In this document: positions 1 through 12,996 of the stretch, piece by piece
Layout: each line of letters opens with the position of its first letter
Numbering within the stretch: the first letter of the stretch is position 1
DNA from: the human T2T-CHM13v2.0 reference genome, Homo sapiens
NCBI RefSeq assembly: GCF_009914755.1
Contig: NC_060928.1
Length of the DNA: 64,000 nucleotides
Strand: one strand, 5' to 3'
Program-made: the position numbers and the translations under genes
The notes under the pieces: generated by a model
The model's database searches: none
What the model was told of the DNA's origin: nothing
Seen by the model: the letters and a program-made list of their open reading frames with translations, nothing else

Positions 1-1179
1 ACCACATCTATCAGCACTACCACTTAAACTTGATAACGTATCCACCAAAGTAAATTCCTGTCCACTTAAGAAAGTTACTTTAATGACCTGGTGCTCCACT
101 GCTAACTTGATGATCTCTCTCCAGATACAGCAACAGAGAAGGAAGCGTCTCTCCCCCAGCGTTCTGTTCTGTTTCTTCATCATAGTTCCAAGCTGCTTAA
201 ACCTAGGTTCACAGTACTCATTTATAATATTGTGCTCTTTAGCTGCACGTCTCTTTTTAGTTTTCACACATTCAGAGCCATTTCACCACAGGCACAGCCA
301 CAGTGTCTGAGCCTGAAAGAGTGGCCAGTATCTCTCACAACAAACCTATACTCCTGAATTTTCTAGCTGATACCTAGGACCCAAGCCCAACTATGGTTTT
401 CTCTCCCATTATACTGATTTCTTTTAATGAAAATTCTTATTTTGTCATGTCCAGTCATGACTGGAAAATTACTATTCTAGAAAAGTCTAGAAATTTATCC
501 ACAGATATGAAGGAAAAGTATGGTGATTATAAAGCAGAATTTCTGACTACTCACAGAAAGATCAATAAAGCTAAAGAGCATCTCAATATTCATAATGTAA
601 AAGTGAGGGATGAGGTTGCAATGGCTCAAGATATTTTCATAGTCGTAAAATTTGAGTTGCCAAGACCTTGCAGGAAGGAGAGAATATATTAAGCCAAATA
701 ATGTTTGTTTTTTTTAAAGAACAGAATTTTAATCTTATAATTCCAGTACTAACAGCAAAGATTACTTATCCATAAAATCTCTTTAGTCTAAGATAAATGT
801 ACACTAGTCCCTAAAAGGACAGTTACCAATAACAGCTACCAAATTTTGGTGTTCATTTTACCATTCCTTTCCTGCATTTGACAATGGGTATCTTCCCATT
901 ATTTTTTCATACCTCATATTCCGTTCTGTCCTCATAGTATTATTCTATCATAACTCTCCTTGTATGTTTGTGTGCAAATCTCTGTCTTCTTCTCAGGACC
1001 TTACACATTTCTTCAATGATGATGTTCCATAAAGTCTCTTCACAGTGCACTATTTTTCTAATTCCCATCAAATCAGTAGAACAAAAGGTCAGACATGCTT
1101 GAGAAAAATTTCCGTTCATAGAAACTGCAGACACTGACAAGGTGTTTCTTTCTAACATTTCTAAGTGGTAGTATCAGTT

Positions 1180-1541
1180 CCCATCCAGTCTCTATGGCAA
1201 TGCTACCCATCCAGTCTCTATGGCAACACTACCCATCCAGTATCTATGGCACCATTATCCATCCAGTCTCTATAGCACCACTATCTATCCAATCTCTATG
1301 GCACCACTACTCATCCGGTCTCTGGCACCACTACCCATCCAGTCTCTATGGCACCATTATCCCTCTGGTCTCTACTACCCATCCAGTCTCTATGACACCA
1401 CTATCCCTCCAGTCTCTGTAGCACCACTATCCCTCCAGTCTCTGTGGCACCACTATCCATCCAGTCTCTATGGCACCACTATACATCCAGTCTCTATGGC
1501 ATCACTATCTATCCAGTCTCTATGGTACCCATCCAGTCTCT
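1180..1541. repeat. 26-bp-unit minisatellite, about 14-15 degenerate copies
   Basis: Head-to-tail copies of CCCATCCAGTCTCTATGGCACCACTA, some internally shortened, with no unique spacers. Explains ORFs 1194..1421 and 1220..1543. Confidence 0.95.
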
Positions 1542-1923
1542 GAAGCTAGGAACCTAAGGGTCATCTGCAACACTGCTCAATAATGAATTCTATAATTGCT
1601 ATCTTCTATATATTTCCTAAAATTATCTCATTTTCTCCAACTCCATAATGTACAATCATTTTTCCATTCTAGCCTGGGTTAATGAGACAGATTCTAAACT
1701 GGTCCCCTGACTTCCAACTCTCTCTGCCTCCTGCCCCTTCAATCAATTCATCACCCATTGCCAGGATGGACCAGGAACTGCATATCTGGGCATATCTCTT
1801 TTCTGCTTACACCCTCAGATGCCCTTATTACCTGCAGAATAAAGTTCATATTGTTTGATGTGGTAAACAAGGCCTTCTGAGATCTGTTCTGTGGGTATGT
1901 CTCCAGTCTCATTTCTTATACAC

Positions 1924-2743
1924 TGTAATATTATGAAATACAAATTTGGCCTTCTTTCCCATCTCCTGGCATATAACTCCTAAAATTCTTGGACTCTTCT
2001 TCAAAGTGATGTCTTTCTGTATGCTAATGAGATGACTGGTGTTTGGGTGCCCTAGGACACTGCAGGATGGTTGCATCACCAGAAAGAACAAAGCTTGATT
2101 TGTTGGGATTTTCAGTCCCATCCCCGCCCCTTACAACAACCTCTAGAAAAGGGAGAGGGGCTGAAGGTTAAGTTCATCACCAATGGCCATTGGCTTTATA
2201 AATTATGCCAATTTAATTAGGCCTCTATAAAAACCCAAAGGGACAGGGTTCAAAGGGCTTCTGGATAGCTGAACATGTAGAAGTCCCCAGTAAGGGCTTG
2301 GAAGCCCTTCCCATACCTCTCCCTATGCATCTCTTCATCTGTATCCTTTGTAGTATCCTTATAATAAACCAGTGAATGTGTTTCTCTGAGTTCTGTGAGC
2401 TGCCGTAGCAAGTTAGTAGAAGCCAAGGAGGGAGTCATGGGATTTCTAATTAATAGCTAATCAGTTGGAAGCACAGATAAAGCAACTTAAATCTTGTGAT
2501 TGACATCTGAAGTGGATGTTGTGGGCGGAGCGGTCTTGAGGACTGAACTTCAACCTGTGGGATCTCACACTATCTCCAGGTAGATAGTGTCAGAATTAAA
2601 CTGAAATAAGACAGCCAGCTGCAAAATTGCTTGCTTGCTGGTGTTTGGGGAAAACCTCATGCACATTTGTTCACAGAAATCTTCTATGTTGATTGTTGTG
2701 GGTGAAAGTGGAGGGGAAAAAATTGTGTTTTCTCACTCAGACA
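1924..2743 (+). mobile_element. MER21-family solo LTR
   Basis: Starts TGTAATATTATGAAATACAAATTTGGCC and ends ...CAGACA; TATAAAA at 2226, AATAAA at 2363; body resembles MER21A/B consensus as remembered. Confidence 0.8.
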
Positions 2744-3190
2744 CACCTGCTTACACTTTCTGTTCCACTGATATTGACTTGCTGGCCACTCCTTTTCCAG
2801 CATTCTCCATTCAGTTTCTCAACAGCAGGCAATCCCCATACCATCTTTCTTAGTTGGAAGGCCATTTTTCCATCCCAAATCCCACCCCTTTTCCTGGACT
2901 AAGTCCTGTTGCTGATCTAGGGTTCAACTGCAGCATTACTCCCTCCAGAAAGCTATTATTCTGTCCTTTTTTTTTCCCTCAGTCTGGACAAGGTTTCTCT
3001 CCTCTGTCTTTTCATAGCATTCCAGGCATTCTTGTATTGTTAGAATTATCTGGGTTTTCCCTATTAAGCAGTGGAATCATAAGGCAGGGACTGTATCTTT
3101 TTTCTCATTCTGTCCCAAATACCTAAAAGTGTTCCCATCCCGAAGAATATCCTCTCCATTGATTTTAAATGAGAAAAGACATAATAATAA

Positions 3191-3234
3191 GTGAGTGAGT
3201 GAGTGAGTGAGTGAGTGAGTGAGTGAGTGAGTGA
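3191..3234. repeat. (GAGT)n microsatellite
   Basis: About 11 perfect GTGA units at the L2 3' end. Confidence 0.95.
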
Positions 3235-3760
3235 ATTAGCATGGCTTCACGGGCACTTTGCTTGGCTCCTCGCCTCACCCTAAGCTGTGTGACCTCTAAG
3301 CAACAATTTTCCTGTAGGCCTGCAGGAAAAATTGGACAGAACTACTTTGAAGCCAGAAAACCTCCAAAGATCCTTATTTACCTAAATGTTCCCCTTAGAA
3401 TTTCTAAGATGGACCAGTTGAGTGGGAGGCATGATGGATGATGGTTTCTGAGAGGGAGAGCACCCCATTCAAACAAGACAATTGGCAAAATTGACGTGAA
3501 CGATGTCAAGTATTTAGAGATGTTCTGGACCAGATCACCAGTTCTGTCAAACTTGAAGCAGGCCATGTCTCACTCAGGTCTTAACCCTGGTACTTGCACA
3601 AGCAATTACTCCTACAAGAATCTACTCATTCCATAGCCATAGCATGCCAATGATCAGTGCAAGGCAAGAGGGGGCTCAGGAACCCAAAAAGACTGCACAG
3701 GGAGGCTTTATTTCAATCACCATCCTGGTTTAGCTAGCTGGTTTAGCTAATTTTAACATG

Positions 3761-3803
3761 CACGCACACACACACACACACACGCACACACGCACACACA
3801 CAC
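3761..3803. repeat. (CA)n microsatellite, interrupted
   Basis: CA run with CG interruptions. Confidence 0.95.
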
Positions 3804-4809
3804 CCCTGGCCGTGTGAACCCAAGCCAAGCTCAAAGCCTACTCTAACACACATAGTGAAGTAAGCCAAGTTTTCAACAGGAATCACCCTGTACCTTCCCT
3901 GAGAGGAAACAACTGTTTCTTTGTGGCTGCTTTTTCAACTGTAAGGAGACAATTGGCTTCAAAAGTCCCACTTGGGAGTTTATTCCTTGCCTTCCCTCTC
4001 CCTGTGGTTTGCTCTTAGCAGGGAATCTTTACTGATTCCATAGGCTAGCAGGACTTTTGGAGCCTGAGAAGTCTGACATATGGTAGTAATTAGCAAAGTC
4101 CAGCCATGAGAAAAATCATCTTAAAATATAGACTGAATGCCCATTCTGCTATATAATACCTAGAACATTCTGTAGCTTCAATTTTCTCTCCTGTAAAATA
4201 GTAATAATAATACATAACTAAATGACCTAATGAACTAAATTAACCTTCTGACTGTGCCATAACTCTTAATTTTCTTAATTATTTTTATAAAGATTATAGT
4301 AGGTTTTCCAACCATTATCTGTATTTTCCTAAATGGCATATCCATATATTAAATTTCAGATTGAAATTAGAGATACAATATATAGTCATAAATAGGAGCC
4401 AAGTTAACTGACTTATAACAACACTGAACTTTAGATTTCATATTCCTATCAACCCAAATAACTGATCAAACATATATTTTTACATGGAATATAACATTTC
4501 AAAAAATTAGCCTATTACAGAATGTATTATTACTTGATATTATTTGAAAATAGAAAAAAGAACATGAATATTTATTATTCTAGATTAAATTTCATGTCTC
4601 TGTACCATAAATGCAATTCCACGTAATATAATTTTTTCCACAGCAGGAAAATAAAATAAAAAGGATCAACCATAAAAAAACATGTTTTAGCATTGTTTAA
4701 ATATCTCTATCATATTTTTGGCAAATCTATGGCAAAACTTTGGAAGCATTTTACAGAAACATTGAATATATCAACGCTAATTCAGCAGTGTTTAAATGAT
4801 TTGTAGGTG

Positions 4810-4935
4810 TGGAGACCACACATCTGATTGCCCAGGATAGTCCAAGCTTACTCTTGTCTTGGCACAATTATTAGTAGCAGGCCCTGTCTTTCACAATAGC
4901 ATCCTAGTTTGGAAAATAAAATTATAGAATCATCT
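4810..4935. mobile_element. hAT MITE, MER94-like
   Basis: ttgcccaggatagtcc...ggcacaattattagtagc...gtttggaaaataaaattata resembles MER94. Confidence 0.55.
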
Positions 4936-7295
4936 TTTTTACAGGCTGGCTACACAAAGATTTAAAAAAAAAGACAATAGTGTTTAATACTTAAATGTCA
5001 CGATGATTAATATAACATCTTCTATATTCCATTTTATTAAAAAATTACATATATTTAAGGTATACAACTGTGAAATATATGTATACGTTTTGAATAATCA
5101 CCACAATCAAGCTAGCTAACATATCCATCACCTCACACTGTTACCATTTTCTTTCCTTCCTTCTTTCTTTTTCTTTCTTTCCTTTTCTTTCTTTCCTTTC
5201 CTTTCTTTCTTTCTTTCTTTCTTTTCTTTTGAGAAAACTTAGGACCTACAGTACTATATTATTACTCATAAGCCATCATATTACACATTAGATCACCAAT
5301 CACGTATTCATCCCTTTGACCAACATCTCCTCACTTCATCCTCCCAGCACCCCCTAGCAACCATCAATCTACTCTCTGCATCTATGAGTTTGGCTATTTT
5401 AGGTTCCACATATAAGTGAGATCAAACAGTATTTGCCTTTCTGTCGGGCTTTTTTCACTTAGCATAGTGCCCAACAGGTCCGTGCACGGTGTCACAAATG
5501 GCAGGATTTCCTTCTCTTTTAAGGCAAAATTATATTTGCATTGAATCTGTAGATTGCTTGATGTAATATAGACATTTTTAAATATTAATTATTCAAATAC
5601 ATAAACATAAGATATATTTCTATTTTTTTATGACATCAATTCATTTCATCATTGTTTTCTAGTTTTTAGTGTATATATCTTTCACCTCCTTGGTTAATTT
5701 TATTTTTAAGTTTGTTTTTGAGGGTACTATAAATGTTACTATTTTCTTAATTTCATTTTTAGAGAGTTTATTGTTAATGTATATAAATGCAACAGAACTT
5801 TTATTATTGATTTTATCCTGTAAACTTACTGAATTCCTTTATTAATTATAACAATATTTTGGTCAAGTCAGTAAGGGTTTCTGTATATAAGATGATATCA
5901 TTTGCAAACAGAGGCAATTTTACTTTTTTCTTTCAAGTTTGAAGGTCTTCTATTTCTTTTTGTTTCTTATTTGCTCTGGCTAGGTCTTACAGCACTACAT
6001 TGAATATAAATGGTGAGAGTAGGCATCCTTGTCTTGTTCCTAACCTTGGAGAAAAAACTTTCGGATTTTCACCGTTTAATATGATGCTAGCTGTAGATTT
6101 GCTATATATGGCCTTTATTGTGTTGAAGTGCATTCCTTCTGTATTACTTTATTGAGAGTTTTTACCATGAAAGGATGTCAACTTTTGTCAAATGCTTTTT
6201 TTTGCATCTGTGGAGATTGTGTGATTTTCATCATATGGTGATATATCAAATTTATTTATTTGCATATGTTGAGCCATCCTTGTATCCGAGGGATAAATCC
6301 TACTTGCAAATAGTGTATAATCTTTAGATATACCATTCAATTTAGTTTGCTATTATTTTGTTGAAGAATTTTCATCTATGTTTATCAGGGTTATTGGTCT
6401 ATAATTGTCTCTGCAGGTGGATTCTTTGGCTTTTGTATCAGGATAAAGTAGGCCCCATAAGATGAATTTTGAAATATTCCCTCCTATTCAATCTTTTCAG
6501 AGTTTAAAAGGATTGGTATTAATTTTTCTTTAAATGTTTGGAAGCATTCACAAGTGAAGATATCTTTTTCTAAGCTTTTTTTTTTCATTGCTGAGTCAAC
6601 TTTGTTACTCATTATTTGTCTGTTTAGATTTTCTCTTTTTTCAAGATTCAATCTTGTTAGGTTGGATGGTTCCAGGAATGTATCCATTTCTTCTGGTTTA
6701 TCCAATTTGTTGGTAAGTGTTCATAATAGTGTTTTAAGATCCTTTGTATTTCTGTGGTATCAAACAAAATGTCTTCTCTTTCATTTCTAACTTTCTTTGG
6801 GCATTCTCTCTTTTTTAAATTAGTCTACTTAAGGTATGTCAACTTTATTTATCTTTTCTAACAGCCAGCTTTTGGTTTCATTTATCTTTTCTAATGTTTG
6901 TCTATTTCATTTATTTCTTCTTTGATCATTAGTGTTTCCTTCCTTCTGCTAACTCTGAGTTTAGCTTTTTGTTTTTATAGCTCCTTGAATATAAATTTAG
7001 ATTATTTATTTGAGATTTTTTTCTGAATATAGGTACTTATCACTATGAAGTCCCTTCTTAAAAGTGCTTTTTCTGAATCTCGTAAGTTTTGGTATAGCAT
7101 GTTTCCATTTTAATGTATCTCAATGTATTTTTTTATTTAGCTTTTGGTTTCTTCCTTGACCTGTTGGTTGGTTAGGAACGTGGTGTTTGATTTCCACAAA
7201 GTTTTGAATTTTCCAACTTTCCTCACATTATTTATTTCTAGTCTCATATCATTGTGTCAGAAACTGTACTTGGTATAATTGCATCTGCTTAAATT

Positions 7296-8850
7296 CCTAA
7301 GCAAAAAGAACAAAGCTGGAGGCATCACATTACCTAACTTCAAACTACTCTACAAGGCTACAGTAACCAAAACTACATGCTACTGGTACAAAAACAGACA
7401 CATAGACCAATGCAACAGAATAGAGAGCTCAGAAGAAGGGCCACACACTGTGACTATCTTATCTTTGACAAATATGATTTTTTTTAAAAAAAGCAAGCAA
7501 TGGGGAAAGTATTCCCTATTCAATAAATGATGCTGGGATAACTGGTTAGCGATAAGCAGAAGGTTGAAATTGAACCCCTTCCTTATATACTAAAATCGAC
7601 TCTAATTGATTAACAACTAAAATGTAATGCTTAAAACTTTTAAAATCCTGGAAGACGAGCTAGGCAATACCATTCTGGATATAGAAACAGGCACAGATTT
7701 CATGACAAAGATGCCAAAAGCAATTGTAACAAAATAAAAAATTGACAAATGGGATCTAATTAAACTTAAGAGCTTCTGCATGGCATAATAAATTATCAAT
7801 AGAGTAAACAGGCAACCTACAGAATGACAGAAAATATTTGCAAAGTATGCATCTGACAAAGGTTCTATCCATTATCTAAAAGGAACTTAAATTTACAAGA
7901 AAAAACAAACAACCCCCTTAAAAAGTGGGTAAAGTACATGAACAGAGACACTTTACAAAAGTAGACATACATGCAGCCAACAAGCATATGAAGAAAAGCT
8001 CAACATCACTGATCATTAGAGAAATGCAAATCAAAACCACAATGAGATGCCATCTCAAATCAGTCAGAATGTCTATTATTAAAAAGTCAAAACAAAATTA
8101 GGTTGGTGCAAAATTGTAGCTTTTACCATTACTTTTAATGGCAAAAACATAATTACTTTTGCATCAACCTATCAAAGATGATGATGAGCTTGTGGAGAAA
8201 TGGGAATGCATATACACTGTTGGTGGGAGTGTAAATTAGTTCAACCATTGTGGAAAACAGCGTGCTGATTCCTCAATGACCTAAAAACAGAAATACCATT
8301 TGACCCAGGAATCACATGACTGGGTATATACCTAAAGGAATATAAATCATTTTATGATATAAATGCATGTGTATGTTCATTGCAGCACTATTCACAATAG
8401 CAAAGACATGCAATTACCTAAACGCCCATCAATGGTAAACAAGATAAAGAAAACGTAGTACATATACAACACACCATGGAACACTATGCAGCCATGAAAG
8501 AGAACAAGATTATGTCTTTTATGGGAACATATAGAGCTGGAGGCCATTACCCTAGCACACTAATGCAGGAACAGAAAACCAAGTAACATATGTTTTCACT
8601 TATAATTTGGAGCTAAATGATGAGAACTCATGGCAAAAAGAGGGGAACAACGGACACTGAGACCTACCTGAGGGTGGAGGGTGGGAAGAGGGAGAGGATC
8701 AGAAAAAATAACTATTGGATGCTGGGCTTAGTACATGCCTGACTAAATCATTTATACAACAAACACCCATAACGTGAGTTTACTTATATAACAAATCTGC
8801 ACATGTACTCCTGTACCTAAAATAAAAATAAAAAAATAAAAAATAAAACA
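7296..8850 (+). mobile_element. 5'-truncated older primate L1 (L1PA13-16-like)
   Basis: ORF 7279..7530 gives [26 protein letters not shown] (L1 ORF2); L1PA-type 3' UTR and A-rich tail at about 8819-8850. Confidence 0.9.
8098..8171. mobile_element. MADE1 (Hsmar1 mariner-derived MITE)
   Basis: TTAGGTTGGTGCAAAA...TTTTGCATCAACCTA terminal inverted repeats around CCATTACTTTTAATGG; interrupts the L1PA. Confidence 0.9.
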
Positions 8851-9324
8851 TGATAAGATGAAAAAAATAAAACTTGTTATATGACCTAAGATATGATCTA
8901 TTCTGGAGAATGTTCTATGTGTCCTTGAGATGAATGTATATTCTGCTGCTGTTGGATGAAATGTTCTACATCTATAATGTCCTTTATCTGTTAGGTCCCT
9001 TTGTACTATAGTGTTCTTCAAATCCTCTGTATTTTATTCATTTTCTGGCTGGGTGATCTATCCAATGATATAAGTGGGGTGTAGATGTTTTCTACTGTTA
9101 TTATATTGCCGTCTGTTTCTTCCTTCAGTTCTATTAATATTTGCTTTATACATTTAGGTGCTCCCGCATTGAGTGATACATCTTTGTTAATTCATCTTGA
9201 TGAATTAATCTTGTTATCATTATACAATGACCTTCTATTTCATTTGAGAGTTTTTTAAAGTCTATTTTGTCTAAGAATAACTATTTTTTTCTTTTTTGGT
9301 TATCATTGCATAGAATATCATTTT

Positions 9325-9615
9325 TCTTTTTTCTTTTTTTTTCTTTCTTTTTTTTTTTTTTTTTTTTTGAGACAGGGTCTCACTCTGTTTCCCAAGCTGG
9401 AGTACAGTTGTGTGATCACACCTCACTCTAGCATCAATATCCCAGGCTCAATCGATCCTCCCACCTTAACCTCCTGAGTTTCTGGGGCTACAGTTGTACA
9501 CCACCATGCCTGGCTAATGTTTTTGTATTTTTTGTAGAGACATGGTTTCACCATGTTACCCAGGGTGGTCTCTCAAATACCTGGGCTCAAATGATCTGCC
9601 CACCTTGGCCTCAGG
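9325..9615 (-). mobile_element. AluJ-like element
   Basis: Poly-T, then gagacagggtctcactctg...ctgggctcaaatgatctgcccaccttggcctc; 5' end missing. Confidence 0.9.
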
Positions 9616-10223
9616 AATATTTTCTATTCCTTAATTTTATTTATATGTGTCCTCAAACCTAAAGTGAATCTCTTGCAGGCAGCATATAGTTGGATCTTTT
9701 TTATTACAAAATTGATTTAGTCACTCTCTATTTTGACTGGAAATTTTAATTCATTTAAATTTGCAGTATTTATTGATAGGTGAGGACTTTTTATTGCCAT
9801 TTCATTGTTTTCAAAATGTTTTGTAGTTCTTGTTCTCTTTTTTATCTTTTGCTATTTTCCTTTGAGATTTGTTAATTTTTTGTGGGATTATATTTGGATT
9901 GTGCATTTTTAATCTTTGTTTAATCTGCTACTGGTGTTTTGTTTTTTGTATGACTACAATGAGGCTTACATAAAACATCTTATAGTTATGACAGGCTATT
10001 TTAAACTTATAAAAACTTAACTTTGATCACAAACAAATTCTACACTTTTACTTCTCCCTCTATTTTATGTAATTGATATCATGTCCCTATTTACACCTGT
10101 TTATGATATATATCCATTAACAAGTTATTCTAGCTATAGTTATTTTTAATACTTTTTTCTTTAGATTATACATTAGCATTAAAAATGACCCTTACATAAT
10201 CATTATAGTATTAGAGGATTCTG

Positions 10224-10736
10224 TGTTGGGAACAGGCCCCCCAAAATCTGGCCATATACTGGCCCCAAAACGGGCCGTAAACAAAAGCTGGGCAGCACAG
10301 TTAACATGTTTGTGATGGCCATGACACCCACGCTTGAAGGTTGTGGGTTTACCAGAATGAGGGCAAGGAACACCTGGCCCACCCAGGGCGGAAAACTGCT
10401 TAAAGGTGTTCTTAAACCACTAACAATAGCATGAGCCATCTGTGCCTTAAAGACATGATCCTGCTGCAGATAACTAGCCAAACGCATCACTTTATTTTGG
10501 CCATCCCTTTGTTACCCATAAGGAATACTTTTAGTTAATCTATAATCTATGGAAACAATGCTTATCACTGGCTTGCTGTCAGTAAATACGTGGGTAAATA
10601 TCTGTTAGAGACTCTCAGCTCTGGAGGCTGTGAGACCCCTGATTTCCCACTCCACACCTTTATATTTCTGTGTGTGTGTCTTTAATTCCTCTAGCGCTGC
10701 TAGGTTAGGGTCTCCCCGACTGAGCTGGCCTCGGCA
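10224..10736 (+). mobile_element. MER9 solo LTR (HERV-K HML-3)
   Basis: TGTTGGGAACAGGCCCCCCAAAATCTGGCC...GAGCTGGCCTCGGCA with TG..CA ends; perfect 6-bp target-site duplication ATTCTG at 10218-10223 and 10737-10742. Confidence 0.92.
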
Positions 10737-12996
10737 ATTCTGAATTAGAGTATGTACTTATCTTTACCAGTAAGTTTTATACTTTTATGTTTTCATGTTT
10801 TTACTGAGTGTTCTTTTGTTTTATCTTGAAGAACATCCTGTAGCATTTCTTGTAAGGCAGGTATATTGGTAATAAACTTGCTTGATTTTTGTTCACCAGA
10901 GAAAGGCTTTATCTCTCCTACATTTTTTATGGATAGCTTTGCCAAGTAAATAATTCTTTGTTGTCAGGTTTTTGTTGTTGTTGTTTTTTCTTTCAGCACT
11001 TTAAATATATTGTTTTACTCTCTCCTGGCCCATAAACATTCTACTCAGATTTCTGCTAATGGTTTTATTATTTGGGGAGAGGGGAATGTTCCCTTTGTAG
11101 ATGATTAACCATTTCTCTTGCTGCTTACAAAATTCCCTCTGTCTTTGACTTTTGGCAATTTGATTAGAATGTGTCTCAGTGAAGATTAACTGATGTTTAG
11201 CCTATTTGGGAATCTTTGTGCATCATGGATTTGGATGTTCATTTTTTCCCAAGATTTACAAAGTTTTGTCTCATTATTTCTTTAAGTAAACTATTTTATT
11301 TTCTTTTTCTCTGTTCCTTCTGGAACTCTTATACTACATATACTGTCTCATTTGATGGCATCCTATAAGCAATGCAGGCTTTCTTCACTCTTTTTCATTC
11401 TTTGTCTTTTTAGTCCTCTGACTGGATAATTTCAAATGATCTGTCTTTGAGTTTGCTGATTCTTTCTTCTGTTTGATCAAGTGAGCTGTTGCAGCTCTCT
11501 GTTGATTTTTTTTTCAGTCATTGTAGTCTTCATCTTTATGATTTCTAGTTCTTTGTTGAATTTCTCACTTTGTTTATGTACTGCTTTTCTGATTTAATTT
11601 AATTGTAAATCTGTGTTCTTTTGTAGCTCATTGAGCTCATATGACTATTTTAAATAATTTGTCACACAACTTGTAAATCTTCATTTCTTTTAGGTCAGCC
11701 ACATGAACTTTATTTTGTTTCTTTGGTAGTCTCATGTTTCCTTGATTCTTCATATTTTTAAAGTTTTGTGTTGAAAGAAGCAGTCACATTTTCAAGTCTT
11801 TACTATCTGTCTTCAAAGAAGACCTTCACAAGTCAGCTTAACTAGAGATTTTGAGGGTCTCTCAGGCCTTTTTTATGGGTTTGCCCACCCCACTGCTCTT
11901 TTTTCCTCCTATGAGGAAGTCCTGGGATTGTGTGTCTTCTCTTGATCCTGTTAAGTCAAGCCAGGTGTTGAGAGCCTCCTCTTTATTTTTCACATGGCAA
12001 TGCCCTGAAGTATTTAATCTTGTATACCTTTTCCCAGTCCTGCAGAGTTGAGCTGGCTGCTGATCTACATGCACTCTCTGTGAGTATTTGCTCGCACCAT
12101 CTCAGCAGCGCACATAGAATGAAGAGGGTGCATATTAGCCAGTAAGGGACACTGCAGATGAGGTTTTCCATAGAGCTCACGGGTGGGCCTCTTGGTGGAG
12201 TCCATAAGCCACTTAGTAGGATATATGGCCATATTTTGAGATCTTCACAGTGGTTGTTTTGAAGCCTCATCCCTTCTTACCTGCTCCTAGTTCCCCCCAA
12301 GACTATTTAGTCATGCCAATCACCTCAGTAATCTGGGAGTGGGAAGACCAGTGTAAGCCTCTTGGGTACCATTCCATAAGACTGGGGAAGCTAGGCCCTC
12401 ACTCAGCTATCATTTTCCCCTATGGGAGAAATCATGGGCCTGCGGGATCTCCCTTGGCCCTAGGCTATGCTGCCTTAGATGATGTGGGTAAAGTGTAACT
12501 GTTCTTACCCACTTCAGTGTGTTTATCCTCAAACTTTTTTTCCACGAACGGGGTTCTAGAATCTCTCCACTGGACTTCCAGTTTCCCACAGATGCATACA
12601 GTTCCTAGATCATTGTTAAAATCGCTGTTGCTGTAGGGGAGTGAGGGCTGGAGTCTCTTATTCCATTATCTTGCTGATGTCCCTCTGGCCTTTTTACTTT
12701 TCAATAAAATATTTTCATTTCACAAAAAGTTACCTTCGTGAGTTTTTTCAGTTTATTTTCGTTTGTACAAATTCCCTTTAAGTACTAATATCTCTCTGTC
12801 CTAAAAAATTATACCTTGTAAATATATATACAAATTACTCAGTTACATACTACTGTGCCCTAATCAGTTGAAGGCCTAATTCAATTATTTTAATTTGACA
12901 TGAAGACAATGGTAAATATAAGCACACAGATAGGTACTGAGATGATATAGTTCTGTAATGAGTAATAAAATGATCATCTAGATAATTCAGAATATA

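Larger units (their letters stand above)
1160..3235 (+). mobile_element. L2 LINE 3' remnant, interrupted by the minisatellite and a MER21 LTR
   Basis: L2-like motifs: gctaggaacctaagggtcatc (1545), gcagaataaagttc...aacaaggccttc (1834-1877), aaggcagggactgtatc (3081); ends in a (GAGT)n tail. Boundaries approximate. Confidence 0.7.
5030..12690 (-). mobile_element. Old L1 (L1MA9/L1MB-like) running from 3' UTR to 5' end, internally deleted, host to four later insertions
   Basis: 3' UTR-type sequence 5030-5535; ORF2 remnants (ORFs 6484..6705 and 8752..9021 translate to L1 ORF2-like peptides); ORF1-like region near 10800-11500; 5'-end-like cttattccattatcttgctga near 12660-12680. Confidence 0.85.

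Noticed and set aside
393-692. 99-aa ORF with a charged, protein-like middle
   Set aside because: No family that I recognise, no supporting exon structure, AT-rich intronic context; compatible with chance.
1180-1541. CRISPR array, or a repetitive protein gene (ORFs 1194..1421 and 1220..1543)
   Set aside because: The units are contiguous with no unique spacers, there are no cas genes and the context is primate. The 26-bp period is not a multiple of 3, so the ORFs are by-products of the repeat.
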